From positions 4,919-68,918 of the forward strand of contig CANQDL010000002.1 of assembly GCA_947591105.1 (NCBI GenBank): a DNA stretch of 64,000 nucleotides. Direction: 5' to 3'. The notes below the pieces were generated by a model. It saw only the letters and a program-made list of their open reading frames with translations, made no database searches and was not told the DNA's origin. Position 1 is the first letter of the stretch, and every line of letters begins with the position of its first letter. Origin of the DNA: an uncultured Oscillospiraceae bacterium (lineage in GTDB: Bacteria > Bacillota > Clostridia > Oscillospirales > Oscillospiraceae). Positions 17,366-26,243 of this stretch are shown here, in pieces. Both the position numbers and the translations under genes were made by a program.

Positions 17366-17910
17366 TTCAATACCTTTCTCATATAGATAAGGCTGCGCAT
17401 GGAGCCGTCGGGCTGGCGGATGCCGTCGGGCAGCTCGCCCCAGGGAACAAAGCCCATCTTCTCATAGAGGGCCCGTCCCCGGTCGTTTCCCTGGATGTAA
17501 TCCAGCTCCAACTGGGTCACGCCCCGGGCCCGCGCCGCGGCGAAAAGCTCCCGGAACATGGCGGTGCCGATGCCCCGGCCCCAGTATTTTTGCCGCAGGG
17601 CGATGGCCAGACTGGCCCGGTGGCGGTTTTTGGCGTTGGGCTTGAAGGCAATCTGACAGTTACCGGCGATCTGGCCGTCCATCTGGCAGGCGATCATCAT
17701 CTGGTCGGGGGAGGCAAGGATGTTTTCGATCCAGGCACGCTCCTGTTCTATGGTCAGTTCCGGATCCTGGGAACCGGACAGGAGAAAGTCCGTCTCGGCC
17801 CGGGCGGTGTTGAAAAAATCCAGAAAGGCGGCGGCGTCCTCCGGCTCCGGGGAGCGGAAAAAGGCCTGTGTGCCGTCCTTGAGGGTGACAGTTTTCGGTT
17901 CATATCGCAT
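17362..17910 (-). CDS. GNAT family N-acetyltransferase
   Basis: RQKYWGRGIG acetyl-CoA motif. The true ATG at 17910 has an AAGGAGG RBS. The track ORF runs on to 18072 only by reading through a repeat element. Confidence 0.85.
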   Translation of the reverse strand: MRYEPKTVTLKDGTQAFFRSPEPEDAAAFLDFFNTARAETDFLLSGSQDPELTIEQERAWIENILASPDQMMIACQMDGQIAGNCQIAFKPNAKNRHRASLAIALRQKYWGRGIGTAMFRELFAAARARGVTQLELDYIQGNDRGRALYEKMGFVPWGELPDGIRQPDGSMRSLIYMRKVLK

Positions 17911-17943
17911 GGGAGCGCCTCCTTTGAATACGATGTTCGGGGT

Positions 17944-18156
17944 AAAGCCTCCCCTGTGCAAGGGGAGGCGGGCCGCCGTAAAGGCGGCTCGGAGGGGTTG
18001 TCGTACGCTGGAGAACAATCCCCCAGTCTCCGGCTGACGCCGGAGCCAGCCCCCTTTACACAAGGGGGCCAATAAGGAGGCGGATCAACGTAACAATCCC
18101 TCGGTCAGCGCCGAAGACGCTGACAGCTCCCTTTGCACAAGGGAGCCTTCATAAAG
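17944..18156 (+). repeat. Mosaic multi-hairpin repeat family A, copy 1 (right-half module duplicated)
   Basis: Hairpins CCTCCCCT-GTGCA-AGGGGAGG, GCCGCC-GTAAA-GGCGGC, GGGGTTGT..ACAATCCCC, CTCCGGC-TGAC-GCCGGAG and GCCCCCTT-TACACA-AAGGGGGC, then a second ACAATCCCTC..GTCAGCG/CGCTGAC..CTCCCTTTGCACAAGGGAG module. Related to 39632-39849 and 53883-54026. Confidence 0.75.
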
Positions 18157-18189
18157 AAAAAGGGGCGCGGTGGTGATCACCGCGCCCCC
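18151..18189 (-). terminator. Intrinsic terminator of rplJL
   Basis: 11-bp GC stem GGGGCGCGGTG/CACCGCGCCCC, followed on the minus strand by TTTTTCTTTAT. Confidence 0.75.
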
Positions 18190-18212
18190 TTGGCATATCG
18201 GAAGAAAAACGC

Positions 18213-18587
18213 TTACTTGAGCTCGACCTTCGCGCCCACGTCCTCCAGACGCTTCTTCAGCTCCTCGGCCTCTTCCTTGGAGACCTGCTCCTTGATGACG
18301 GCGGGGATGCCCTCCACCTTCGCCTTGGCCTCGGCCAGGCCCAGGTTGGTGATGGCGCGGACTTCCTTGATGACCTTGATCTTCTCGGCGCCGAAATCGG
18401 TCATGACCACGTCAAACTCGGTCTTTTCCTCCACGGCGGGGCCGGCAGCGGCGGCAGCGGGAGCGGCCACGGCAGCGGCGGCGGAGACACCGAAGGCCTC
18501 CTCGATAGCATGTACGAGCTCAGCCAGCTCGAGAACGGACAGAGCCTTGACCTCTTCGATCATAGCGGTAACTTTTTCGCTAGCCAT
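18213..18587 (-). CDS. rplL: 50S ribosomal protein L7/L12
   Basis: Classical sequence: [25 protein letters not shown], Ala-rich hinge, and [19 protein letters not shown]. Confidence 0.97.
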   Translation of the reverse strand: MASEKVTAMIEEVKALSVLELAELVHAIEEAFGVSAAAAVAAPAAAAAGPAVEEKTEFDVVMTDFGAEKIKVIKEVRAITNLGLAEAKAKVEGIPAVIKEQVSKEEAEELKKRLEDVGAKVELK

Positions 18588-18632
18588 TTCTTTTATTCTC
18601 CTTCAAATAAATAATCAAATGGTGTGTGCCGA

Positions 18633-19166
18633 TCACTCGGCCGCGGGGGCCTCGGCGGACGCGGGAGCGCCGCCCTTCTGCTCCAGAACCTGTCCCAGGA
18701 CGACGGCCAGGGACGTGATGGGAGCGAGCATGGTACCAAGGACTTTGGAGTACAGCGCGTCGCGGCTGGGCAGGGGAGCGAGCTCCGCTACCTCGGCGTC
18801 GCTGAGCACCTTGCCGTTGACGAATACGCCCTTGATGGTGAACAGCTGGCCCATCTTCTCGCTGAACGTGGTCAGCTCATGGATGGGTACCAGAGGATCG
18901 GTGGCGCTGGTGGCCAGGCTGGTGGTGCCGTTGAGGTGGTCGTCCAGACCGGACAGGCCGGCCTTGTCAAGAGCCAGACGGGTCAGGGTGTTCTTCACCA
19001 CCGTGTACTCCACGCCTTTCTCCCGCAGATCACGGCGCAGCTCGGTGTCCTGGGCCACGTTGATGCCCTTGTAGTCCACCAGAAGGCCGCCCTCCGCTTC
19101 CTCCAGACGCTTGGCAAGAGCCTCCACGATCGCCTGCTTTTCAGTCAGTACTGCTTTGCTGGGCAT
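18633..19166 (-). CDS. rplJ: 50S ribosomal protein L10
   Basis: MPSKAVLTEKQAIVEALAKRL...DYKGINVAQDTELRRDLRE. The ATG at 19166 has a GGAGGTG RBS. Confidence 0.95.
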   Translation of the reverse strand: MPSKAVLTEKQAIVEALAKRLEEAEGGLLVDYKGINVAQDTELRRDLREKGVEYTVVKNTLTRLALDKAGLSGLDDHLNGTTSLATSATDPLVPIHELTTFSEKMGQLFTIKGVFVNGKVLSDAEVAELAPLPSRDALYSKVLGTMLAPITSLAVVLGQVLEQKGGAPASAEAPAAE

Positions 19167-19299
19167 GAGTTTTGTTTCACCTCCTGATAATGAAAAATGT
19201 CCTTGTCCAAAGAGACAACGACACATAGAAACATCATGATCCTATTTGACGTCCTCGGCGGGACTTACGCCCAGAAGGGCTGCCAGCTGTCTTTGAACG
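19167..19299 (-). ncRNA. Putative ribosomal protein L10 leader (5-prime UTR of rplJL)
   Basis: About 130 nt between the predicted promoter and the rplJ RBS. It contains GGCAGCCCTTCTGGGCGTAAGTCCCGCC helices. The call rests on position and the known L10-leader autoregulation in Firmicutes. No covariance model was run. Confidence 0.4.
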
Positions 19300-19305
19300 G
19301 CAATT

Positions 19306-19334
19306 ATATTACCAGACTTTTTTCCCCGTGTCAA
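19306..19334 (-). promoter_or_regulatory. Candidate rplJL promoter
   Basis: On the minus strand: TTGACA, 17 nt, TAATAT, with an upstream A-tract (GGAAAAAAGGCAAAAAAGCC). Confidence 0.5.
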
Positions 19335-19368
19335 GGCTTTTTTGCCTTTTTTCCGCCGATGGTGTTTC

Positions 19369-19397
19369 TTGCCAAACAGGTCAACCGCATATATAAT
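19369..19397 (+). promoter_or_regulatory. Candidate divergent promoter for the 19475 gene
   Basis: TTGCCA, 17 nt, TATAAT. Confidence 0.45.
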
Positions 19398-19474
19398 ATT
19401 CTGTGGGGTTCCGGGAACTTTTTTGCCCGGGACGCGTCTGAAGGACAGACCAACGATGAAAGGAGCACTTACGG

Positions 19475-21706
19475 ATGAAACGGACTTTATCGCTGATATT
19501 GTGCCTTTTGATGGGGCTGGGACTGGCGCTGCCGGCACTGGCGTCGGAGGGGGAGGAGACGACCCTGCCGGCGGAGGCGGCGTCCCCGGCGGAGACCGGC
19601 GCGTCCGGGGAAGACCCGGCCGATATGGAGCAGGTGCTGACGGAGCTGACCGGAAAGGTCAAAATGACCCTGAACGTGGACGACGGCTACACGGACTTTT
19701 CCAGCGACTATTACGGCGGGCCCGATCCCACGTGGAGCCTGAACTGGTCGGACGATGCCCGCCGGCTGTCCGTGGAGGCGCGGGCCGACGGCACGGTGAT
19801 GAATATGTACTACTGGCAGGACGGCGGCGCCAGCGACAATTTTTACGGCTTTGATCCGGCCCTGCCGGCCTTGGAGGCGGAGCAGGCCCAGAGTCAGGCC
19901 GACAGCTGGTACGAAAAGCTGTTTGCCGGGGCGGAGTCGGCCCGGCAGGACGAGATGCACATAAACCTGGGCCAGGACGGCAGCTACCGCTTTTCCGGAA
20001 CGGTACTGATAAACGGTCTGGAGAGCCCGGTGACCTATGTCATGGTGATCGGGGAGGACGGCCTTTCCAGCTTCTACCGCAGCGACTCAAGCAGCGGCTT
20101 TGTGGGGCAGATCCCCGGGGCCGAGGCCGCCGTGGATGAGGACGGGGCCGCCGTGGCCCTGGCTGGGGCGGTGGAGCTGGAGAAGCGGTATGTGTCCGAC
20201 GGCGAGGGCGGCGCGGTGCTCCGGTACATGCCCGTGGGGCCCCGCACCGTGGCGGACGCGGCCACCGGCGAGGCGGTGGATATGGACGCGCTGTACGCCT
20301 CCTTCGGCGACGGCTACGGCAAGTATGCCAGCAACGCCGCCGGCGATGCCGCCGCGGAAGAGGCCATGGCCGCCGACGGGGGCGCGTCCCTGACCGAGAC
20401 GGAGTTGAGCTCCATTGAAAATTACGGCGACGTGATGGACGAAAACGCCATCGACGAGTCCCTGCGCACCATTGAGCTGCTGGGGCTGGAGGGCTTTGAC
20501 ATGGGCCGGTGCTCCTACGCCATGGACAGCGAGAGCGGGGACGTGACCGCTACGCTCCGGTACACCGGCACGATGACCGACGAGCAGCTGTACGGCTACT
20601 CCGGGGAGAACTACGCCCAGGCGGTGGCCCAGGGCCAGGACATGACCATCTATAAATCTATCACCCTCAACGCCAAGACCGGCTCGCTGCTGTCCGTGTC
20701 CACCAGCTACCCCCTGTGGGAGAAGGCGGAGATGATCGGGATGGTGGATCAGGCCGGTTTCGCGGAGCAGTTTATCCAGATCGCCGCGCCGGAGCTGGCG
20801 GCCCAGGCGGAGCTGTGCACCCTCAAGGGCTATGAGGACGAGGACGTGATGACCTTCGCCCAGGTGCACGAGGGGTATTTCTATCCGGACAACTACATCT
20901 GTGTGCACGTGGCGCCCACCGCGGGGATCGTGGATTCGTTCTACTACGCCTGGGACGAGGACGTCTCCTTCGGCCCGGCGGAGGACACTGTGGATGCGGA
21001 CGCCGCCCTGGCCGCCTATACGGACGCGCTGGACGTGACGCTGGGCTATGTGGCCTGGCCGGTGGATATCCTCGCATCGGACGACGGCCTGTATGCGGAA
21101 TATATGCAGTGGGGCTATACCTTCGTGGAGCAGCTGCGGCTGGGCTACTATTACGCCAACACGGACGAGGTGCTGGGCGTGGACGCGGCCACCGGCGAGG
21201 TGGTGCAGGCGGACAAGACCAGCGACAGCTACGACTATGACGATCTGGCGGATGTGCCGGAGGCGGAGATGATCCGGACGCTGGGAGCGGCCGGCGTGGG
21301 CTTTGCCGGCGGAAGCTTTTTGCCCGAACAGCCGCTCACCTGGCGGGACGGGGCGATCCTGCTTCTCCGGGCCGGAGGCAGCTACGCGCCGGAGGACGAC
21401 GATGACAGGCTGCTGGAGCAGGCCTATTACCAGGGCTTTTTGAGGGAGAAGAAGTGGGAGCCGGACGCGCCCATGAGCCGGATCGAATTTCTGCGGATGC
21501 TGCTGGGGGCCTCCCGCTACGGCTACGCGGCCAAGCTTGCGGGCATTTGGGACGCGGGCTTCCCGGACGTGGACGAGGCAGACCAGCCGTGGGCCGCCCT
21601 GGCCCGGGGCCTGGGACTGGCGGAGGGGGACACCCTGGAGCCGGACGGGGATCTCACCCGGGCCGGCGCGGCCGCCGTCCTGTACGGATTCATGGAGCGG
21701 GGATAA
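19475..21706 (+). CDS. Secreted cell-envelope protein with degenerate C-terminal SLH-like repeats
   Basis: Signal peptide MKRTLSLILCLLMGLGLALPALA. C-terminal segments such as FPDVDEADQPWAALARGLGLAEG...LTRAGAAAVLYGF resemble S-layer homology domains. The N-terminal part is unassigned. Confidence 0.6.
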   Translation: MKRTLSLILCLLMGLGLALPALASEGEETTLPAEAASPAETGASGEDPADMEQVLTELTGKVKMTLNVDDGYTDFSSDYYGGPDPTWSLNWSDDARRLSVEARADGTVMNMYYWQDGGASDNFYGFDPALPALEAEQAQSQADSWYEKLFAGAESARQDEMHINLGQDGSYRFSGTVLINGLESPVTYVMVIGEDGLSSFYRSDSSSGFVGQIPGAEAAVDEDGAAVALAGAVELEKRYVSDGEGGAVLRYMPVGPRTVADAATGEAVDMDALYASFGDGYGKYASNAAGDAAAEEAMAADGGASLTETELSSIENYGDVMDENAIDESLRTIELLGLEGFDMGRCSYAMDSESGDVTATLRYTGTMTDEQLYGYSGENYAQAVAQGQDMTIYKSITLNAKTGSLLSVSTSYPLWEKAEMIGMVDQAGFAEQFIQIAAPELAAQAELCTLKGYEDEDVMTFAQVHEGYFYPDNYICVHVAPTAGIVDSFYYAWDEDVSFGPAEDTVDADAALAAYTDALDVTLGYVAWPVDILASDDGLYAEYMQWGYTFVEQLRLGYYYANTDEVLGVDAATGEVVQADKTSDSYDYDDLADVPEAEMIRTLGAAGVGFAGGSFLPEQPLTWRDGAILLLRAGGSYAPEDDDDRLLEQAYYQGFLREKKWEPDAPMSRIEFLRMLLGASRYGYAAKLAGIWDAGFPDVDEADQPWAALARGLGLAEGDTLEPDGDLTRAGAAAVLYGFMERG

Positions 21707-21710
21707 AGAC

Positions 21711-21757
21711 AGATTCAATCCGAGCTTGTCAAAAAACTTGTTTTTTGACAAGCTCAA
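21711..21757. repeat. AT-palindrome repeat family B, copy 2
   Basis: AGATTCAATCCGAGCTTGTCAAAAAACTTGTTTTTTGACAAGCTCAAGG. The core GCTTGTCAAAAAAC-TT-GTTTTTTGACAAGC (21724-21753) is a 14-bp-arm palindrome. Confidence 0.65.
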
Positions 21758-21793
21758 GGGCGCGGTGCCAACGCACCGCGCCCGGTTTTTTTC
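21758..21793 (+). terminator. Intrinsic terminator
   Basis: 11-bp stem GGGCGCGGTGC/GCACCGCGCCC followed by GGTTTTTTT. Confidence 0.8.
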
Positions 21794-21801
21794 TTTTGCA
21801 G

Positions 21802-22032
21802 TCAGAAGGGGAGGGACTGCCAGAGCCGTATCAGACCCAGGCGGACGACCTCCAGATCCTGGCGGAGAATGGCCCAGTTGGCGCTCAGCCGTTGGCCGTA
21901 TTCCGTCAGATGGCCGTGGGCCTGCAGGGCGGAGGGGGAACTGCCGGTGAAAAATCCCACCCCGATGGCTACGGCGCCGATCAGAAAACAGACAAGCGCT
22001 ATGCCGGTGATGACGTGCCAGCCCTTACGCAT
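21802..22032 (-). CDS. Small membrane protein (hypothetical)
   Basis: 76 aa with one N-terminal TM helix. Its start overlaps the stop of the upstream DUF1700 gene. Confidence 0.5.
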   Translation of the reverse strand: MRKGWHVITGIALVCFLIGAVAIGVGFFTGSSPSALQAHGHLTEYGQRLSANWAILRQDLEVVRLGLIRLWQSLPF

Positions 22033-23023
22033 GATCGAACACCTTCTTTCCCAACGTCAGGTCGGTCAGACCCTCCATGGCCCGCATATAGCCGGAGACC
22101 ATGGCCACGTCCGCCCACAGGCCGATCCACAGGACGATCAGGCCCAGGGCCAGCAGAATAAAGGCCAGGCCGAACAGCACGGCGGCGTCGGCGATGATGC
22201 TGATACACCATAGGCCGCCCACAAAGGCCAGCCACGCCCCCAGCAGCACCGCCAGCCCCGGCAGTACCAGGGTGGGGATGAGCAGCAGGCCCACCAGCGT
22301 CAGCGGCAGGACAAGAAAGACGATGGTCAGGATGAACAGGGGAAGTCCCAGCCAGAGGGGGATGGTGCGCTCGATGTGGAAGGGGGCGGGAGCGGGCTCC
22401 TGCGCCTGTTCCGGCTCCTGGTCGGACTGGGGCGGCTGCTCCGCCTCGGGGGGCCGCTTTCCCCAGAGCTCCTCGTATTCCCCCTCGTCCTGCTCCTGGG
22501 CATGCCCTTCATCGCCGGACGGCTGGGCGTCCTCCTCCGGGGGAGCGTCGGGCGCCTGATCGTCGGGGGCCGGCTCCTCCCCGTCGTGCACGGGGACGGA
22601 GACAAATTGGGGCTCCGCTGGCTTCGGGGCGGGTTCCGGCTCCGGCGCGGGGGTCTCCTGCTCCGGCAGGTCGGGCAGATCGGGAAGCTCTGGCAGGTCG
22701 TACTCGGGAAGCTCGTCCTCCACCAGCGGCTCGTCCGGGGAGGGCTCCCCGTCGGGCGCCTCTTCCTCCGGCTCCGGCTCCAGAAGGGAGTCGTCCTCCA
22801 GGCTGCTTAGAAGCTCGTCGTTGATGCTGCCGGGCTCATAGGTGCGGCTCAGGCGGATGGCGACCCGGGTGGGGGAGCCGATCCGGGACAGCAGCGCCTC
22901 CTGCCCGGCGGGGCCGGCCTTGTCAAAAAGCGCGCCGTAGCGGTCGAGGGTCTGCTCCCGGTCGGCCCGGGTCATGAATATCAGCAGACGGTTCAGCTCG
23001 GCAAGGTATTGGGGCTTGTTCAT
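22025..23023 (-). CDS. DUF1700 domain membrane protein with an acidic Pro/Glu-rich linker
   Basis: N-terminus MNKPQYLAELNRLLIFMTRADREQTLDRYGALFD is typical of DUF1700. C-terminal TM helices. Confidence 0.7.
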   Translation of the reverse strand: MNKPQYLAELNRLLIFMTRADREQTLDRYGALFDKAGPAGQEALLSRIGSPTRVAIRLSRTYEPGSINDELLSSLEDDSLLEPEPEEEAPDGEPSPDEPLVEDELPEYDLPELPDLPDLPEQETPAPEPEPAPKPAEPQFVSVPVHDGEEPAPDDQAPDAPPEEDAQPSGDEGHAQEQDEGEYEELWGKRPPEAEQPPQSDQEPEQAQEPAPAPFHIERTIPLWLGLPLFILTIVFLVLPLTLVGLLLIPTLVLPGLAVLLGAWLAFVGGLWCISIIADAAVLFGLAFILLALGLIVLWIGLWADVAMVSGYMRAMEGLTDLTLGKKVFDHA

Positions 23024-23205
23024 AGGCAATTCCTTTCAGGCCCGGCCGAAGTGGACGCCAGGCCAGGCTGCAGACGGCGGGGCGTATGCACGCCGCCCAC
23101 GCCTATACATTATAAATTGCTTTCCCGCTCCGGTCAAGTCTTGGAGGGAGCGTTGATAGAAATCACCAATTCTTTTGATATTTCCGCCGGCGCTCCGTCC
23201 TCCGC

Positions 23206-23234
23206 TTGACAATGGGACGGGACGACTATAAAAT
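23206..23234 (+). promoter_or_regulatory. Candidate proS promoter
   Basis: TTGACA, 17 nt, TAAAAT. This leaves a leader of only about 55 nt. Confidence 0.4.
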
Positions 23235-23290
23235 AGATGAGTCATATTTCCCCGGCGGTGACAAGTTCAGGAAAAAGAGGTCTGTTTTAC

Positions 23291-24721
23291 ATGGCTAAGG
23301 ACAAACAGGTGACCCAGATCACCTCGATGGAGGATGATTTTGCCCAGTGGTATACCGACGTATGCGTCAAGGCACAGCTTATTGATTACTCCGGCGTCAA
23401 GGGACTTTTCGTGCTGCGGCCTTACGGGTACGCCATATGGGAGAATATTCAGGCGTGGCTGGACAGCGAGTTCAAACGCACCGGCCACGAGAACGTGTCC
23501 ATGCCCATGCTTATCCCCGAGAGCCTTTTGCAGCGGGAGAAGGATCACGTGGAGGGCTTTGCCCCCGAGTGCGCGTGGGTCACGGTGGGCGGAAGCGAGG
23601 AGCTGCCCGAGCGGCTGTGCGTGCGGCCTACCAGCGAGACCCTGTTCTGCGACCACTGGAAAAACGTGCTCCACTCCTGGCGGGATCTGCCCATGAAGTA
23701 TAACCAGTGGTGCAGCGTGATGCGCTGGGAAAAGACCACCCGCCCCTTCCTGCGGGGCCGGGAATTCCTCTGGCAGGAGGGGCATACCCTGCACGCCACC
23801 GAGGCCGAGGCCCGCGAGGAGACCCTGCAGATGCTGGACATCTACGCCCGGTGCTGCGAGGAGCTTCTGGCCATGCCCGTCATCAAGGGCAACAAGACCG
23901 AGAAGGAAAAGTTCGCCGGGGCCCAGAACACCTATACCATCGAGTGCATGATGCACGACCACAAGGCCCTGCAGTCCGGCACCAGCCACTACTTCGGCGA
24001 CGGCTTTGCCCGGGCCTTCGACATCACTTTCCAGGATAAGAACAACCAGGCCAGCTACCCCCACCAGACCAGCTGGGGCCTCTCCACCCGCACCATCGGC
24101 GGACTCATCATGACCCACGGGGATGACCGGGGCCTGGTGCTGCCGCCCCATGTGGCCCCCGTGCAGGTGATCGTGCTGCCCATCGCCGCCCACAAGCCGG
24201 GCGTCACCGAGGCGGCCCAGCAGCTGGTGGAGCGGCTCCAGGCCGCCGGCATCCGGGCCAAGGGAGACTTTTCCGACAACAGCCCCGGGTGGAAGTACGC
24301 CGAGTACGAGATGAAGGGCGTGCCTCTGCGCCTGGAGATCGGGCCCCGGGATCTGGAAAACAGCCAGGCCGTGGCCGTGCGCCGGGACAACGGGGAGAAG
24401 GTCTTTGTGCCGCTGGACGCGCTGGAGGAGCAGATCCCCGGGCTGCTGGAGACGGTGCAGAATGCCCTGTATGAGAAGGCCAAGGCCAACCTGGAAAGCC
24501 ACACCTGGCCCGCGGCCACCGTGGAGGAGGTCAAGGCCAAGGCCATGGACGGCTTCGTCAAGACCATGTGGTGCGGCGACGCCGCCTGCGAGGAGAAGAT
24601 GAAGGAGCTGGCCGGGGTGTCCAGCCGGTGCATCCCCTTCCAGCAGGAGAAGCTGGCCGACGTGTGCCCCTGCTGCGGAAGACCGGCCAAGCACATGGTC
24701 GTGTGGGGCATTGCCTACTGA
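23291..24721 (+). CDS. proS: Proline--tRNA ligase (archaeal/eukaryote-like short form)
   Basis: Class II aaRS motifs (FVLRPYGYAIWE, RWEKTTRPFLRGREFLWQEGH, GTSHYFG). C-terminal Zn-type CPCCG. About 476 aa from the ATG at 23291. Confidence 0.95.
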   Translation: MAKDKQVTQITSMEDDFAQWYTDVCVKAQLIDYSGVKGLFVLRPYGYAIWENIQAWLDSEFKRTGHENVSMPMLIPESLLQREKDHVEGFAPECAWVTVGGSEELPERLCVRPTSETLFCDHWKNVLHSWRDLPMKYNQWCSVMRWEKTTRPFLRGREFLWQEGHTLHATEAEAREETLQMLDIYARCCEELLAMPVIKGNKTEKEKFAGAQNTYTIECMMHDHKALQSGTSHYFGDGFARAFDITFQDKNNQASYPHQTSWGLSTRTIGGLIMTHGDDRGLVLPPHVAPVQVIVLPIAAHKPGVTEAAQQLVERLQAAGIRAKGDFSDNSPGWKYAEYEMKGVPLRLEIGPRDLENSQAVAVRRDNGEKVFVPLDALEEQIPGLLETVQNALYEKAKANLESHTWPAATVEEVKAKAMDGFVKTMWCGDAACEEKMKELAGVSSRCIPFQQEKLADVCPCCGRPAKHMVVWGIAY

Positions 24722-24793
24722 TACGACATACGGAAGATGAAATGGGGCCTGCCGCGAAAAGCGGCAGGCCCTTGCTGCGTGATATAAGGCGGT

Positions 24794-26143
24794 TCAGGCG
24801 GGGATGTGGCGGCGGAGCCAGTTCATGCGCAGATGGTACACCAGAAATACCACCGCCGTGATGCCCCAGGTGACCGGATAGCTGGCGGCCACCATGGAGG
24901 GCGTCCGGTGCAGGGGCAGCACGCCCCAGATCCATATGAGCCGCAGCACGCATACCCCGAAGATGGTGATGACCATGGGCTGCAGCGCCTCGCCCACCCC
25001 GCGGGCCGCGCCGGAGAGGATCTCGATGAACACATAGGCGATGTAGGCCGGGGCCCAGACATGGATAAACTGCGTGCCCAGGGCCACCACCTGGCTGTCG
25101 CTGGTGAAGACCCGGAGGATGGGCCCGGCAAAGGCGACCTCCAGGGCGCTCAACAGAAGGATCGTGCCGGCGGTCATGGCAAAACACACCCGGGTGCCCC
25201 GCAGCACCCGGTCATATTTGCCCGCGCCGAAATTCTGGCCCACGAAGGTGGTCACCGAGATGCCGAAGGCCCCCATGACCATCCACACGAAGCCGTCCAC
25301 ACGGCTCACCGCCGACCAGCTGGCCACCGCGTCGGTGCCGAAGGAGTTGACCGCCGCCTGGATCACCAGGTTGGAGATGGAGTACAGCACCGACTGCAGG
25401 CCCGTGGGCAGGCCCAGCCGGACGATCCGCTTCAGCACGGGGCCGTGAAAGCGGATCTGCCGCAGATGTACCTGGTATGCCTGGCGGGTGCGGACGAGCC
25501 GCAGCATGATGAGCACGGCGCTCACTGTCTGGGCCAGCACGGTGGCCAGGGCCACGCCGAACACGTCCCAGCGAAACGCCACCACAAACAGCAGATCCAG
25601 CACGATGTTCACCACACAGCAGGCGATGAGCACGTATAGGGGCATACGGGAGTCGCCGATGGCCCGGAGAATGGCGGTGCCCACGTTGTAGACCAGGCAG
25701 GCCACCATGCCGGTATAGAACACACGGATGTAGGTGAGGGCCTCGTCCATGACCTCCTCCGGCACGTCCAGCAGGCGCAGGGAGGGCCGGGCCGTGAGCA
25801 TGCCCACAGCGGTGAGGGCCAGGCCGCCCACCAGCGCCAGGGCGACGGAGGTGTGCACCGCCCGGGACAGCTCCTGGCTGTTTCTGCCCCCGAAGAACTG
25901 GGAGATGATCACCGACGCGCCGGAGGCGAGGCCGATGAAAAATCCCACCCACAGGTTGATGATGGTGCCGGTGCTGCCCACCCCGGCCAGCGCCTGCTTG
26001 CCCACATACCGGCCCACGATGACCGTGTCCACCGTGTTGTAAAGCTGCTGGAAAAAGGAGCCGATCAGTATGGGGAAGAAAAACAGCAGCAGCTGCTTCC
26101 AGATCACGCCGTCGGTTATCTCGTTTCTCTGGATCGTTTCCAT
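24794..26143 (-). CDS. MATE family efflux transporter
   Basis: WKQLLLFFFPILIGSFFQQLYNTVDTVIVGRYVGKQALAGV and 12-TM organisation. Start taken at METIQRN. Confidence 0.9.
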   Translation of the reverse strand: METIQRNEITDGVIWKQLLLFFFPILIGSFFQQLYNTVDTVIVGRYVGKQALAGVGSTGTIINLWVGFFIGLASGASVIISQFFGGRNSQELSRAVHTSVALALVGGLALTAVGMLTARPSLRLLDVPEEVMDEALTYIRVFYTGMVACLVYNVGTAILRAIGDSRMPLYVLIACCVVNIVLDLLFVVAFRWDVFGVALATVLAQTVSAVLIMLRLVRTRQAYQVHLRQIRFHGPVLKRIVRLGLPTGLQSVLYSISNLVIQAAVNSFGTDAVASWSAVSRVDGFVWMVMGAFGISVTTFVGQNFGAGKYDRVLRGTRVCFAMTAGTILLLSALEVAFAGPILRVFTSDSQVVALGTQFIHVWAPAYIAYVFIEILSGAARGVGEALQPMVITIFGVCVLRLIWIWGVLPLHRTPSMVAASYPVTWGITAVVFLVYHLRMNWLRRHIPA

Positions 26144-26243
26144 GAAAGTCCCTCCGGCCCCGCAGTTTTCCCGGAGCCAGTTCCCTATCTTAACACACTG
26201 GGGCGGATAGTCAAGAGGCAAGTGCGGCGGTGGGGCGGAAGGG

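Noticed and set aside
17911-18072. N-terminal extension of the GNAT ORF, and ORFs 39456-39830(-), 39628-39843(+), 39703-39918(-) and 53877-54161(+), with peptides such as PLCKGGW, APFTQGGQ and SPLCTRGHK.
   Set aside because: These are six-frame read-throughs of the mosaic hairpin repeats. The GNAT gene has a proper ATG with an AAGGAGG RBS at 17910.
18133-19187. Plus-strand ORFs 18133-19074 and 18624-19187.
   Set aside because: They are antisense to the unmistakable rplL and rplJ genes.
23030-23290. T-box riboswitch upstream of proS.
   Set aside because: The best promoter (23206-23234) leaves only about 55 nt of leader. I saw no specifier-loop or T-box (AGGGTGGNACCGCG-like) sequence, and no terminator/antiterminator pair.
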